Assembly: GCF_001194135.2 (NCBI RefSeq)
Contig: NC_068981.1
Span: forward strand, 113,118,035-113,153,293
Direction of reading: 5' to 3'
DNA length: 35,259 nt
From: Octopus bimaculoides
Taxonomy: Eukaryota
Shown here: piece after piece, positions 10,045-21,879 of the stretch
How positions within the stretch are numbered: the first letter of the stretch is position 1
Layout of the letters: each line of letters opens with the position of its first letter
Made by a program: the position numbers and the translations under genes
The notes under the pieces: model-generated
Told to the model about the DNA's origin: nothing
Databases searched by the model: none
Seen by the model: the letters and a program-made list of their open reading frames with translations, nothing else

Positions 10045-10130
10045 ATTCCCTGGGGAGAAGTTTACATTTTTAACATCAACGATTCCTATGGATCGCATAA
10101 ATTGTAATTCTTCGAAACATATGTCGGAAT
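10045..10130 (+). ncRNA. Type I hammerhead motif with A6G core substitution (GUC triplet)
   Basis: Helix I ATTCC(10045-49)/GGAAT(10126-30); core CTGGGGA 10050-56; helix II GAAG(10057-60)/CTTC(10110-13) with a structured insert; GAAA 10114-17; palindrome ACATATGT 10117-24; GTC 10123-25. Confidence 0.75.
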
Positions 10131-10623
10131 AAAGTATGCAGTTATAACATGCGTTTACTCCATTCCTTAAATTTTTATATATACTCAAATCCCCAAAATA
10201 TCAAGGAGTTTCTGCCTCACTAACAGGAATTACACCACAGTTATTTTGTGATCTTTGCTACCTTGGTTTCTATTAACCCATTTATTCTATCCGAATTATT
10301 NNNNNNNNNNAAAAAATATGGTCTTTCCCCCTTTACTAAAAGACATGAAGAACTATGAAAGAAGACGAATAAGTACTGGGGTTGGGGCAAAAAAGACAGA
10401 ACTAACAGTTGATCATTCTAGAACTCCCAGAATGGAAACATAAGCACCTGAAAACTTTCCCTCTATTCATTACTAAATGTCTTTCCCTCTTCTTCATTGT
10501 TAAAAGTAAAGAAGCTTGAAAAGATTGATTGTATTTCAGTCTAATTGTCATTTTAAATGACTGAGACTCTCCTTTCTCTGTCTCTATTGCTTCACTCCTT
10601 TTCTCTATGGTTAAGAGAGTGAA

Positions 10624-10930
10624 GGTGCGTGGCTCAGTGGTTAGGGGTATTTGGCCCATGATCATAAAGTCACGAGTATGATTTCTGGTGACGCACTGTG
10701 CTCTTGAGCAAGCTATTCTACTTCACCTTGCTGCAGTCCACTCAGCTGGCAAAAATGAGTTGTAGCTGTAATTCAGAGGGGCCAGCCTTGTCACATTCTG
10801 TGTAAGGCTGAGTTTCCCTGAGAACTATGTTATGGTATGCATGTCTGTGGAGTACTCAGCCACTTGCATGTTAATTTTATCCATCAATCAGATAAACAGG
10901 AACTTCATTGTCGTGAGTGATGGAGTGTCA
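10624..10930 (+). mobile_element. tRNA-derived SINE (family 2)
   Basis: A-box-like TGGCTCAGTGG at 10630-10640, then a CTTGCTGCAGTCCACTCAGCTGG...AAATGAGT core that is repeated at 11260-11418. Confidence 0.65.
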
Positions 10931-11259
10931 TTTTTAAAAAAAAGTGGAAGAAAAGGAAATGTTCCATATTGTAAGGCAAAAAATGTCATGTCTTTAGTAT
11001 AAGTAGTGAAAGCTAAGATGAAATAATTGCTATTTTGTCGTGTAGTGACTTCGCCCTCGACTCATGCTCATTTTGATAAAAAAAAAAAAAACACAGCCTG
11101 TGCATTGGTGTTTATCTGGGGTGCTTGGCCTCCAGATCTGTGAGACCCACAAATGCCACTGTTAGGATTAACACCTGTAGTGACCCTAACAATTAAAAAG
11201 ATTTTCCTGACTCTATATAGGATCTTTTTTCATTTTCTTTCAACCACTTGAAAGTTTAT

Positions 11260-11418
11260 CTTGCTTCAGTCCACTCAGCTGGCCAAAATGAGTTGTAACT
11301 GTAATTGAAAGGGGCCAACCTTGTCATACTCTGTGTGAGGCTGAATCTCCCTGAGAACTACGTTAATGGTATGCATGTCTGTGGAGTACTCAGTCACTTG
11401 TGAGTTAATTTTATCCAT
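11260..11418 (+). mobile_element. SINE family 2 core, second copy
   Basis: Direct repeat of 10727-10884. Confidence 0.7.
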
Positions 11419-12649
11419 GTGTGGTAATGAAAAGTAAAAGTGACATCCAATATTTGCTGTAGTTATTTGTCTTTGATTTAATAACGTGTCTATGCATCCA
11501 TGTATCAACTTTTCTTTCGATCTATGTATCTACTGTCTCCCACTTTTTCTCTCACTTCCTCTGTGTCCCTCCTCTCTCCCACTTTTAATTTAACAATGTG
11601 TGTATGTATCTACTTTTCTTTTGGTCTATGTGTCTTCTTTTCTTTTGATTTATGTATCTACTTTTCTTTCCATGTATGCATCAGTCTATTCTGAACATAC
11701 TGATAAACATTTTACCTCTCCTTTCAACTGTAGAAAAGTAGCATTAACATCCACAGCTATTTGCTGAGAGAGAGAGAGAGTGTGTGTGTTAGAGAGAGAG
11801 GCAGACAGACAGATAGATAGGCAACATTTCTTTTTGCAATTATCAAATATTGGCTTTATCATATATCGTTGGAAAGGAAAAGTTTTCCAACGTTTTCTGT
11901 ATGAGAACAGTTCCATTGTCTTTCACTATTATTCTCTATCCACTCCCTTCCTTTACTCAATCTATCTCTCTAAATCTCTCTTTCTTCCCCTCCCTCCCCT
12001 CTCCCACCTCTATGTCTCCTTGCCTCTAACTGTCCTGCTGTGTTTAATGCATTATATTTCTCTTACCTCTCCCCCTCTCTCTCTCTCTCACTCCCTCTTC
12101 TTCCTTTCTCCAGCTTTGCCACTCACTTCAAGTATACCTCTTCTGCTTAACACCTTTTATTTCTCTTTTTCTTTTTGCCTCTCCCTTAAACCTTTTTACC
12201 TCTTCTTTTAAAATAAGTGTGACACACCACAAGTATCTACAAAAACAAAAAACTAAGCATATTAATATTATTGATGACCCCAAATCTTGAGAATACTGAT
12301 GTAGCCTTGACAATGAGAAATGGTGTCATTGCCGCACCTGTGAAAACCAACAGAAGTTTCAAGGCTGAAGGTAATACACGTTTTTCTGCTAACAGCAAGA
12401 AGACATTCTACAATTTAGCAATTCAATGACAACACATTCAACAATGCAAGTAACAACAAAAACAACAATAACAACAACTTGAGCAGCAATAATGATAATC
12501 AATGCAAAGAAGACAAAAAAGAAAGAAAAATAATTTGGAAAAATATGCAAACTGTACCACCATTGCTGCTGTTGCCACTACTGAGGCAGTATGCAAGTGC
12601 TATAAGGAATCTACAAGTTTTCAGCATAAATAAAAAGAAGAAATAAAAC

Positions 12650-15230
12650 TGGCAAGTCAAATTGTGAAATAAAAAATGGGTGACCAAATACCCCTAAATT
12701 CTCCACCTGACATGATAGAAAACCCTTTGAGAAGCATAGTTACATACCACTGCATCAGAATAAAATTAAGTTGGGTGGAAAATGTCACTGAGGCCCAGAC
12801 ACAAAAATCTCTGGGTCATGTGTGGGAACACATGACTCACGTCACACAAGGAAAGATGTTTAGCACAGCTCAGGTGACATCCAGGACAGAAGCAGAGGCA
12901 AGGTTTTATTCCATGATGACACTGAGGAATAAAGAACTCTGCATGGCAAAAGTAAGGGTGATGAACGTTGCATCAGAAATATTCATCTTGGTAGGTATGT
13001 GACAATTTTGGAAATAAAGAAAATTCAACAAAACTGGTCAGGAATAGTTATGAAATTGACTATACAAACCAACCAAAAAGAACATTGATGATATACCTAA
13101 CCAGACTGACTTCCCAGATGACACTTACCAGTCCATGACAATGGAAGAGAGAACACCAAAATCCACATAAGTGTATCTGGCACATTTAAAGGTTTTTGCT
13201 CTTAGACAAAAAAGACAAAACCCCCTCGTGCCAACACCATAAACACAAAATCAAGTAGAAGAGCTGAAAACTACAACATCCACACCCAAGCCAAAAGAGT
13301 GGAGAAGTTTCCTCCCAGTTTCCATCAAAGAGTAAACTTTTCCTGAACACCCTGCTCTCCAAGTCTATGAGCTGAGGAGTGGTAAAGCTACTGAAAAGGA
13401 TGCTGACTAAAGGGGTATGCTAGGCAATTTTTGACTCAAAACTCTGCTCAAAGCAAAGTTTAAGAATTTGGTCAAGGTGTAGGCAAAATGGTTTGCACTT
13501 GTCATTGGTCAGGGAGGTGCAAACATGAGCATTCCCAAACAGGTATTTCTAATACAACCTCCTCCTTAAGAGATACATCATAGAGAGGGCTAGGATGAAA
13601 GCTGACTTTAGTAGGGCTCTGAACTACTTGGGTTAGTAGGAAGCATTTGATACAGCTGACCATCATTACTGGGAAGCCATCCTACTATTGGCCACAGGTG
13701 TGGACCTGTTTTCATAGGTTTGATCACTGCAATGCACAGCTGTACCCACTCAGTGGTCAAAGTAAATGACCACCTGTTAGAACTGTTTCACATCACATGC
13801 TTGGTCCTTCAGAGTTGCCTGCTCATTCTTCTTCTGGCTCTTTAGCTACTGCTATAGATATTAGAACAGTTGAAAGGCATCTCTTTCAAACCCAAGAGGG
13901 CGGTGTTGGTGTATGCAGATAACATCACCATCATGGTGACAGACACCTCCTGGTTAGAAATTGTTGGCATCATTCTAAAAGAATATGAGTGGGTAGCAGG
14001 GGCCAAAATCAATACCAACAAGTTGGCAGGCTTGCACCTGGGGCAGCAGGTCTATGCCGCTGGACAGTGTTATTGGATGCTGGACTAATGAACCAATTAA
14101 ATTGCTTGGGGTCTGGTTCAGTTCAAACCTCCAAGTTGATAAGAACTGGGATGAGGTAATGAACAAGGTAGCCCATCTTATCCAGAAATGGGCAGAGAAG
14201 GTGTCCCTCAAAGGTAGGCAGGGTGGCAAATGCCTACATCACTTCCGTTTATCACCTGACTGTTATTCCTTGTTCCAACAACTACTTGATCAGGTTGTTG
14301 AAGCATCTGTTATTTAATTTCACATGGAAGGGATAGATCCTGATGGTTAGGAAATCATTCTACTGCTAGCACCCTCTGTGTGGAAACTTAAATATGTTGT
14401 AGCTGCTGATGTAAAAGCACACACTTAGGTTGCACTTCCTGCAATGATTTCTAGAAAATGAATGGGCTCTTTTCATGTGGCATGTCTTTATGCAACTCAT
14501 CTTCTTGACAGAGCTCTAGTCTGGGCACCTGCCATGTAGAGTGTCATCAGGCACTCATCACCCTCTACCAATCAGGTAACGGAATTGATGGATGTTCCAT
14601 TTAAGCAATCTTTAGAGGATTGGTGGAAGGGAAATGTGACCACTTTCTCTGGGAGACTCTAGGCATGAATGAAAACAAATAGACTAGTCAGTTCCTGAGA
14701 ACCTTCCAGTCAGGGACTACCATGGGTAATTTTTCAGAAATTCTTGACCTAGCAGTGCTACCAATGGGCACTATCAGTTCAAGATTAACAGGTATAGATG
14801 TGATGTCAGATGGGCTTCTCATAGGTGCATGCAGAGTGAGGAAACTATTATACATAAACTTGTTCAGTATCTGAGTATTACTAACTTGTGGAGTTATGTC
14901 AAACAGCTGCTGTGACAAGCAGGACAGATCCATGGTGGTCATTGCCCTGTTACTCTCCTTTAACTGGCTGGTAAGGAATTTTCCTTTTGTCTAGTGGTTT
15001 TGTCTATAGGCTGAATGGTATGAGAGCAGAGACATTCTTCTTTGTAGGGCTCTCATCAACTTTTTCAAATTTTAATTGGAAAGAAAAGTGAGGATGGAGA
15101 GGGAGGTGCTGACCTCAAGCAAATTTATTGAAAAGTTGCTGAAAGTGGCGAAATGCCTTGCGGGTATGGCATCACACTTAAGTATAGACCTGTGAGTCAA
15201 AGAACAGGCATTGGAGAGGGCACTTGCCCT
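12650..15230 (+). mobile_element. Tx1/L1-clade LINE relic A (ORF1-like part, RT C-half, C-terminal Cys/His region)
   Basis: VYADN at 13912-13923, GAKIN, IKLLGVWF...KVSLKGR, and RCMQSEETIIH...LWSYV. Many stops and frameshifts; 5' boundary uncertain. Confidence 0.75.
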
Positions 15231-15669
15231 TAGAGTTCAGGGAGATTATAATAATGAAACAACCATGACCACTACCATCATCAACTCCACAGCAACATTC
15301 ACTCATTTATTTTCAGCAATGTTTTCTCGCAATCTTGAGAGGAAGTAGAAGATAAAATTAAATGCAACAGTAATTCAGTGAACATAGTAAAAACTACTAC
15401 TAACACTGCCACCATCATTACTTCCCCTGTGGTAGCAGGTTTTATCACCAGTCAAAATATTGACAAGGGTTATAGCAAAGCCACTGCAACAAGAACTACA
15501 AGAAACTCAAAATTCAATGTCATGAAATAAAAGATTCTTATGATGTTGTAAGACAGCATGAGAGAAGAGATGTTCAAAAGCAAAGAACAAAGAGTAAAAG
15601 GGACAGGCCCCCATCCTTGTTGCTAACACCTCAAGACAACCCTGTTCATTGCTCTTGGACATCTATATA

Positions 15670-16935
15670 TAAACACTACTTCTCCATTAACATGTAATAG
15701 TTCCCAGGGGCAGCTGGTCTTAAATTCTTCTGTTATGGCCTGGAGAACAAGGACAAGTAGGAGGGGGCTGAGAACTAACACAGGTGAACTCTTACATAGC
15801 TTTCACAAACCATTCATCTTTCCCTATCTTCTTCTGAGACTACCATATCTCAGAGTGAGGGACTCTGCCCGAAGCTTTCTCCAGGTTCACGAATGTCACA
15901 TTAAATGATTTACTCTTAGCTAAATGTTTTTTCTGCAGTTGTCTGACTCAGAAGATAGTTTTAGTAGTACTTCTCCCAGGCACAGAACCAAACTGCATCT
16001 CATTTAGTCTTATTCTCTTCCTAATCAGTTGGGCTATAATTCTCTCTGTAGTTATTTCTGTCTAAGGCATCCCCTTTACCATTGTAACAGCTGACTATAA
16101 TGCTACTACACCAGTCAACCTGATTAACTATATAAGTAACTAGGCTACCCTATTCCACCTGATATTTTAAGTATCTCAGCAGTAACTCCTAATGGACCAG
16201 AGGCCTTCCCTATCTTCCTGTCTTTAGCTGCCTTATCTATTATACAGCTGTCAACTAGGATAGCAGGTCCCTCTTTTGGGTTAGCATTTGACAGACTCTT
16301 CTTTTCATGCATTTTCCACATTCAATAGCCTTGCAAAATAGCACTTCCTCTCTTTTTTCAAAATAACTAAGTGCAAGCATGCCATTATCCATCTGTATAC
16401 ACCTCTCACTGACAATATCTTGATTCTTTCTTATACATTGTCTTGATTCTTTCTTACATATTGTCTTGATTCTTTCTTATACATTGTCTTGCGATCCAGA
16501 ACAACTCTTGTCTCTGATCTTCATACTGTAACATATCTGCAAATCTCTTCCTTTCTGCGTTTGCTCTTGCTAGATAAACCTATCACCTAGTTTCTTTTTT
16601 AGCTACCTAATATGGCTCTTTGTTACCTCCACTTTTCCATTCTTTCCAAATACACTTCTTCACTTTTATGGACTTTTCTACTTCACTGTTCCACCACCAT
16701 GTTTCCCTTGATTTGGCTGAAGCTTTGCCCTCGCCACAAATTTGGTCTGTCACCTTCAGGTTATCCTGTAAGAACTTTCAGTTGTCCTGTATGTTATATG
16801 TCTCTCTCTCCTCCTTGTCAAATGTTCCAGCTAAAACATCACTAAATATCTGACCATTTGAAGCACCCTTAATCTTCCATGTCTTCCAGATTGGTTTGTC
16901 TCTAGGCCCTTCTAGACTCAAATCTGAAAAACTTA
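15670..16935 (-). mobile_element. RTE-clade LINE relic (minus strand)
   Basis: Reverse complement aligns with 26880-28200, including TWWWNSEV, KASGPLGVTAEILK, EMQFGSVPGRST and VLSPLLLVLVLQAITEEFK. Confidence 0.85.
16418..16491. repeat. 3 x 23-bp tandem repeat inside the RTE relic
   Basis: Unit TCTTGATTCTTTCTTATACATTG. Confidence 0.95.
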
Positions 16936-17330
16936 AGCACGAACACATAAAAGTCCTCCCTCCCCACTCAGTTAGTACAGACTTCACTCAGTCAGTGATC
17001 TTGCCAAGTGAAGCTAGATTCCAAACTAAAGAGAACTGTGACTGAGAGGAGCTGGGAGACAAAACTCACCAAAAGATGAAAACCAGTTCATTCAAAGAAG
17101 TGATAGATGTTATCCAAGCAATGCACAAGATACAACCAATGCACCACCACAATTCCAACTGCAATATACAAAAAACTTCAGACATAAATCTCCAACAACT
17201 ACAAACGCAATCAGAAAAAATGTAAGATACTTTACAGAAAAGAAAGTAAATTTCGCATGCAATACAGCCATGAAAACAGCAGAAAGATTGGATATTTTAC
17301 CCTTATAAGAAAGAAAAAATTACCATCAGA

Positions 17331-17398
17331 TGGCCACAAGACTTGAACCCTTACCCCTCTGATACCGGCTGAGTGATCTACCATTAAGCTAAATGGCC
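17331..17398 (-). pseudogene. tRNA-like sequence (tRNA pseudogene or SINE head; GGT at the anticodon position)
   Basis: GGCCATT...GTGGCCA acceptor-like ends, A-box TAGCTTAATGGTAG, B-box GGTTCAAGTC, T6 run 12 nt downstream. D, anticodon and T stems are imperfect. Confidence 0.45.
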
Positions 17399-17399
17399 T

Positions 17400-19390
17400 A
17401 CAAAACAATCAATAACAGTAAAAACAAAGAACACAAGAAGAAAACTTGATCAACTTTACTCTTATTCAAAAAAGCAATATTAAATTCATGGAGAAGATAA
17501 TGAATAGCAAAAATATTGCCATTAATGAGGAAGGCTTTGAAGTGCTCCTCAAAATTTCAAGGATGAATTCTTAATTCACAGACATAAAGAGAGTTAAAGG
17601 GATATTTTCCTTTCGATATAAGGCTTTTTAGAAAAAAGACCAATAGAAATGCTCTACAGAAGTCTTTCAAAACATGCATCATAGCCAATGAAAGTGAGCT
17701 GTCTCTTCTATTTTCATCTCTCTCATCAAATGTGGCTCTTCTCAAAGTTGGGTTTTAAATGGGCACGATTTTAAGATCAGCTTGGAAGCAAGCTCACTAC
17801 TCAATGACCTTATGCATAACTGTGAAGTCAGGATCTCTAGATTGCATGTACTTGTGCAAATTTTCGAGAGCTATATGATATTTTCATTGTGTGAGTTGCC
17901 AGGATCACATGACAAGGTGGCAGTGTTATTCCAGAAATCCTTAGTAAGATAATTTTCTTAGATCTGACTGGTAATGTTATAGTTCTGGATGTGAATGACA
18001 GCAAATGTGTCCCCTTCAGACTAGTTACCTGGTTACTGGAAATTGAACACAACCTTATCACCTTACCAGGGAACAAACTACAGAAGCTATGATGGAGAAT
18101 TAGTATGGTGCCCTGAAGAAGGTAATTAGGTCAGAATTGACAGCATTTAGCAAAAATCAAGTGATAGAGAGAAACAAACTAGCTAGACAAGGTGATTCAT
18201 ACTGCTGCTGATTGTGATTCATACTGCTGCTGATTGTGGTGGTGCATTGGTGAGAATGGTTTGCAACTGTTTCTTTATTGTGAAACATCAAAGCTGCATT
18301 GTCAGAGCTAGGACCCACATGCTAAAATGCTAGGAAACTAAAGTTGTTCAATGAGCTTAATGGCAACATGGTAACAAAGCTACAATCCAGTCTTTGATGG
18401 CACAGGATAGGTACATGATACCTAATTCTGAGCAGCTTTTTGAGCTGTTTATAGAAGGCAGCAAGAGATGGTAGCAAATTTCAATGCCTACTTTTACAGC
18501 TTGCTGTTACTTTCAATGGAAGTTGCAAGGTTCAGCAAAAAAGCCAATAACATCTACTGAAATGCAGTGTGTAAATCATTTCAGACTAATTGTCTGACAT
18601 CTACCACAATTGGCAGCAGAATGAGCATTTAAGATATTGGTGAAGATGTTAGCAAAGTGGTCAATCTTTGTTAACAGAAGTCTGATAGGGAAGTCCAAAC
18701 ATGTTCAATCCTGAACATATCTATCCATAATACCTATTGCAGCTGGTTTCAGACAATGGAATTGCCAGAAGTTCTAATCTGACAATCGATAGAAATTTAA
18801 TGAAGGGCAAGAGTGATGAGTGACATCACTAAAAATGAACTGGCTAATTTCTTTTGAAGTACTTACCATTTGGAACTTCAATGGAAAACTTCCAGAAGTC
18901 TTTGACCTTGCAGTGTTACAGGGGATCCTCACTAGTTCAAGATAAACTCTACAGGCATGGAAGGGTCATCAGACAGCGATAAAACTGTTTTTCACATACT
19001 TGATGAGTGTCCAGGCATGACTGACTCATGGAATTACGATGAACAGCTACTGTAAGATGTAGGATGGATGAAGCTTTAGTCAAGTTCATTGTGTTGATTG
19101 CACTGCTGCCTTCCTTCAGCCAGGCAGGGAAGGCCATTCTCTTCTGCCCAACAGCTATAGTGATAGAGGCTGTGTGGTAAAATAGGTTGAAAGATATGAG
19201 GACATATTTTTTCTTTGGTAGAGCCTTCAATTGAAAAGGATGGTAATGATTGAGAGGCAGGTGCTGTTCCTGAGTGAATTTATTGAATGGTGTGAAAGTA
19301 GCAAAAAATGGCAAGAGTGGATGGTACTGTTCTAAGTATAATCCTGTAAGTCAATGAATGACAATAAGAAGAAGACTCTTCAGAGTTCCT
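17400..19390 (+). mobile_element. Tx1/L1-clade LINE relic B (heavily deleted)
   Basis: 17450-17555 resembles 21975-22080; 17940-18030 resembles APE 22490-22575; 18625-18740 resembles RT 23260-23370; 19230-19390 resembles the 3' end at 15075-15240. Confidence 0.6.
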
Positions 19391-19532
19391 CCATTGATCT
19401 TAAAGGTGCTTCTGTATTACAAGGATTGCATCATCAGCATTATCACCATTTTTTTTAATACTGTATGTCATATATAAAGATATATTTCATGATTTTTTTT
19501 TATCATTCAATTATATGTAATCTTTTACACAT

Positions 19533-20310
19533 TACAAGGTACTTTCCAGAATTTTTGAGACTTTTTCAGGAGATTAATTTCAAAGAGGTACAAAACTTTC
19601 ATCACTTGTAAAGTAGAATCATCTGATTTCAATGTGTTTGTAGTGATCCAGTCACTTCATGAAAGCCTCATGAAATCTTCAAAATGAAGGTATCCAGGCC
19701 TTTGTCACAGCCCCCTTCATTTTCTCAATGTCTTCAAAACAACTGCCTCTTGAGGTTCTCCTCCAGCTTGGGAAACAACCAAAAGTCACAGAGAGCAAGG
19801 TCTGGACTGTAGGGAGGGCAAGGGACAGTTTTGAAGGGACTGTCAAGTAGTTGGTTACCAGGATGGAATTGTGGACTGGTACATTATCCTGGTACAGGTG
19901 TTCTGGCCTATTCTGATGAAACCTCTTCAAGACATCCACAAAATACTATTTGTTGACTGATTGTCCAGAAGGAGCCCAGTCAATTCAGATGATACCCTTG
20001 CTGTCAAGTAAGATCCTCATGAGCTTCCCAGTGGACCTGCTTTGCCTGGCCATCTTGGGTCTAGGGGAGCCAGGATGCCTCCTTTGGGCACTCTGTTTCG
20101 TCTCTGAATCATAACAGTAGATCCAGCTTTCATCATAGTCATCAGAGACTCAAGTACTATTGAATTTGAGGTAATGAGTTCAACCATCTCCCTGCTATCA
20201 CCAACACATCATTTCTTCTGTTTATCAGTGAGCACCTCAGGAACAAATTTTGTGCAAATCTTGCACATGTTCAGATCTTCATGAATAAATCTGTGTACAT
20301 TTGCCACATT
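19533..20310 (-). mobile_element. Mariner (DD34D-type) transposase relic with 3' TIR
   Basis: Minus strand gives DESWIYCYDSETK, SPRPK, QDNVPVHNSILVTNYL and PPYSPDLALCDFWLFP. TIR-like TA|CAAGGTACTTTCCAGAATTTTTGAGACTTTTT at 19533. Confidence 0.9.
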
Positions 20311-20420
20311 AATTCTAAATTATATTGTTATTGTCTTTATAGACACAACAGTCTTCATTCAGAAAATAGTGAATTTTCCCAACCAGCTCTGATGTTCTGA
20401 TACCCCTCTCCCTCCCACAC

Positions 20421-20512
20421 CTCTCATCTCTCTCCCTCTCACATCTCTCTCCCTGTCACATCTCTCTCCCTCTCACATCTCTCTCCCTTTCACATCTCTC
20501 TCCCTCCCACAT
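20421..20512. repeat. 17-bp minisatellite, about 5 copies
   Basis: Unit NTCACATCTCTCTCCCT. Confidence 0.9.
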
Positions 20513-21538
20513 TGTCCCTCACCTCCTTTCTATCATCCTTGAACCTCTGATGCCAGTTAAAAAAAGCAGGTGATCAGCTCATACAAGTTAATCCATAAGC
20601 AGTCTGAAGTGTTTCTTAAGTTCCTGTAATGTTTTGCTCAGTTTAACACAAAACTTTATTGCGAAGTGGTTTCCAAATTGTCTGCCAGAATAGGAATTTT
20701 AAGTTTCTTCTCCTTACAAGAAACACATTTCTATACAATGATTTGTCAGTTAGAGGGGTTTCCCCCTACTCCTCACTAAGGTACATAACACCTGGTTTCA
20801 AATTGTCATTTTTATATCAGAGAGCTTTACTTTTCAAATTTTGAACTGAATGAACAATTCACTGGCTAACTGTTGCTACTGTTGTTATTTTCCACACAGT
20901 TTCCACTACAATTACTGCATTGTTCTTTTCACTGTTGTTGTTGTTTTCAATCTTGTTGTTTACATTGTTGCTGTTGTTGTTGCTATTATTGTTGTTTTTG
21001 CTGTTGCTGCTGTACACTTTGTCGTTACTGTTGTTGTTGTTTTCACTGTCCTTGCTGCTGCTAGTGTCTTTGCATTTGTTACTGCTGTCTTAGCAACAAG
21101 ACAAAATGTGTTTGGTGTTAAACGTGGATTGACAGAATGCTGCTCACCATCAATTATTATCATTATTTTGTCATATTCTGACGTGTTTAAAAAATTGGAA
21201 AAATATGTGAATTCTTGTCTTCATAGAAATGCAAAACAAATATTACTGAGTTACAATCCCACCCCAAAGGGGGTGTAATTACACAGAAATGTTACCACAA
21301 TGATCCAGACAGTGCAAGCAAAACAGTTATAAAATATTTGACTGAGCAGTCTGCAACCAGCTGAAATGCTTGATTAAACACTTAAAACTTATGGAGCTCC
21401 AACTTTGTATGTCTTTCCAGTATGACAGACCATAATGATAATAATAATAATAATAATAATAACAATAGTAATAATAATAATAATAATAGTGATTGATTTG
21501 GAGGGTAAAGGGTGAAAGAGACAATACAAAGACACATA

Positions 21539-21575
21539 TATAAGGTGCATTCCAGAAAGTTTGAAACTTTTTTAG
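21539..21575. mobile_element. Solo mariner-type TIR
   Basis: TA|TAAGGTGCATTCCAGAAAGTTTGAAACTTTTT resembles the TIR at 19533 but lies in the same orientation, so it is not its partner. Confidence 0.4.
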
Positions 21576-21879
21576 GAGAGGCAATTATAATTTCTAAATT
21601 TTTGTAATTTTAGTATATCCTTACTATACAGCTAATAAGGTGATCTGCCAACTTTTTATTCCAGATTGATGAGGATGGTTGTAACAACACTATTAAAATA
21701 CCCAACTAGACACTGCTCACCACAGCTGATTTGTTTACAGAATGCAGTTAGGAACGCCCTAAGACATGACAGTAAAAAACAAAATCTGTCACAAAACCAT
21801 TTAAAAAAAAATATCTACACCAATATCAGCACCTTCATCATAACAAGAAAACTCAATTTTACAAACACTTTCACAACTA

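Noticed and set aside
8436-13002. AG|GT recursive-splice-like motifs (TAG|GTAAGC near 8440, TAG|GTATGT near 12995)
   Set aside because: Weak or absent polypyrimidine tracts, located in TE relics, and expected by chance in 26 kb.
16418-20512. Short tandem arrays (23-bp x3, 22-bp x2 at 18192-18235, 17-bp x5) as CRISPR-like
   Set aside because: Head-to-tail with no spacers, in a eukaryotic context.
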